64,000 bases of DNA from Felis catus (Eukaryota), in contig NC_058368.1 of NCBI RefSeq assembly GCF_018350175.1, positions 5,642,001 through 5,706,000 of the forward strand, written 5' to 3'. A program made the position numbers and the translations under genes. Below are positions 62,491 to 64,000 of the stretch, in pieces. The stretch's first letter is position 1; every line of letters begins with the position of its first letter. The notes under the pieces were generated by a model. It saw only the letters and a list, made by a program, of their open reading frames with translations. It was not told where the DNA came from and searched no databases.

Positions 62491-62656
62491 TTTTGAGAGA
62501 CAGAGAGAGTGTGAGTGGGGGACAGTCAGAGAGAGAGGGAGACAGAATCTGAAACTGTCAGCACAGAGCCTGTATGCGGGGCTTGAACTCACCAACAGTG
62601 AGATCAGACCTGAGCTGAAGTCGCATGGTTAACCAACTGAGCCACCCAGGGGCCCC
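62281..62656 (-). mobile_element. Can-SINE inserted in Tigger1, with a large AT expansion in its tail
   Basis: Body at 62485-62656. TSD tcaaactttgtcatcatt at 62258-62275 and 62657-62674. Confidence 0.93.
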
Positions 62657-64000
62657 TCAAACTTTGTCATCATTATTATATTTGTTATGGGGACCTGGGA
62701 TCAGTGATCTTTGACGTTACTCTTGTAACAAGAGTTTGGGGGCGCTACAAACCACACGCATGTAAGACAATGAACTCAATCCACAAATGTGTATGTTCTA
62801 CTGCTCCACCACCAGCCAGACATTCCCGGTCTCTCCTCCTCTCCTTGGGGCTCCCTGTTCCGTGAGACAACAATATTGAAATTAGGCCAGTGAATAACCC
62901 TATAGTGGCCTCTATGTGTTCAAGTGTAAGGAAGAGTCTCACGTCTCTCGCTTGGAATCAAAACCTAGAAATGATCAAGCTTAGTGAGGAAGGTTTGCCC
63001 AAAGCTGAGCCAGACCCAAAGGTAGCCCTTTTCCACCAGACAGCCAAGCTGTGAATGCCGAGAAAACGTTCTGGAAGGAAGTTGAAAGGGCTTCTCCGGT
63101 GAACACACAAATGGTGAGCAAGGGAAACAGCCTTATTGCAGATCCAGAGTCGCCTGGAGTGGCCTGGACAGAAGGTTACATCAGCCACAACATTGCCTCC
63201 AAGCAAAGCCTAATCCGGAGCAAGCCCCTAATTCTCTTCAATTTTATGAAGGCCGAGAGAGGTGAGGAGGCTACCAGGAGCAGAGTTTGAAGCTAGGAGA
63301 GGTGGGTTCGTGAAGCTTACAGAAGGAAGCCTCTAGAACATAAATGATGCAGGGTGAAGCAGCAGATGCTGATGAGAAGCGGCAGCAAGTTTCCAGAAGG
63401 TCTGGCCAAGGTAGTTAATGAAGGTGGCTGCACCAAACAGCAGATTTTCAACGCAGACAAAACAGACTTCTATTGGAAGAAGATGCCACTGAGGACTTTC
63501 ACAGCTAGAGAGAGGCCACTGCCTGGCTTCTAAGCTCCAAAGAACAGGCTGACTCTCTCGTTAGAAGCTAACGCAGCTGGTGACTTGAACTGGAAGCCAA
63601 CTTCGCTGAAGTTGAAGTCCATGAAGTGCTCACGGACCGTTCTGAAAATCCTAGGTCCCGTTAGAATTATGCCCAGTCCACTGTGCTTTACAAGTGGATC
63701 ATCGAAGCCTGGATGACAGTATGTCTGTTTACAGCACGTCATGTTTACACCATGGTTTACTGGATATTTTAAGCCCGCGGTTGAGACCTGCTGCCCAGGA
63801 AGAAAGATTCGTTTGGAAATATTGCTGCTTGTTGCCAGTGCACGTGGTCACCCAAGAGCTCTGATGGAGACGCCCAAGGAGACTAACATTTCCACGCCTG
63901 CTGCCACGGCGTGGATTCTGCAGCTCACGGATCGACGAGTCATTTCCACTTTCAAGTCTCACTATTGAAGAAATGCGGTTTGAAAGGCTGTCGATGTCAT

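Larger units (their letters stand above)
62103..64000 (+). mobile_element. Tigger1 (TcMar-Tigger/pogo) DNA transposon, decayed, runs off the window
   Basis: Left end caagcacacctcgttttattgtgcttc. Transposase remnant from about 62905 (aatcaaaacctagaaatgatcaagcttagtgaggaagg; peptides WTEGYISHNIASKQSLIRSKPLILFNFMKAERGEEA and FTGYFKPAVET). Many frameshifts. Confidence 0.95.

Noticed and set aside
62905..64000. Domesticated Tigger transposase (TIGD1-like gene)
   Set aside because: Multiple frameshifts and stops; only 75-80 aa fragments remain open

Overview
Mammalian genomic DNA, almost certainly from a felid (cat family). It carries about 24 tRNA-derived Can-SINEs, many of the feline SINEC_Fc type and most with readable target-site duplications (TSDs). 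Other repeats are a carnivore-type L1 (5'UTR, ORF1, spacer and the start of ORF2), a decayed Tigger1 running off the right edge, MLT1 and MER34-like LTRs, MER5, MIR, L2 and old L1M fragments, and microsatellites. I cannot support any host protein-coding exon, RNA gene or CRISPR array, so the window looks intergenic or deep intronic. The provided ORFs are repeat-derived or chance. A few repeat-free, motif-dense blocks look like enhancers. I found no convincing new biological system. The most unusual observations are: a 5'-intact, 3'-truncated, tail-less L1 flanked by a candidate TSD (possible internal priming); stacked and inverted SINE clusters able to form long hairpins; a 400-bp (TCC)n expansion inside an L2; a 200-bp AT expansion inside a SINE tail; and a MIR with extreme AT-to-GC bias. 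Repeat family names come from recalled consensus sequences and need RepeatMasker/Dfam confirmation.
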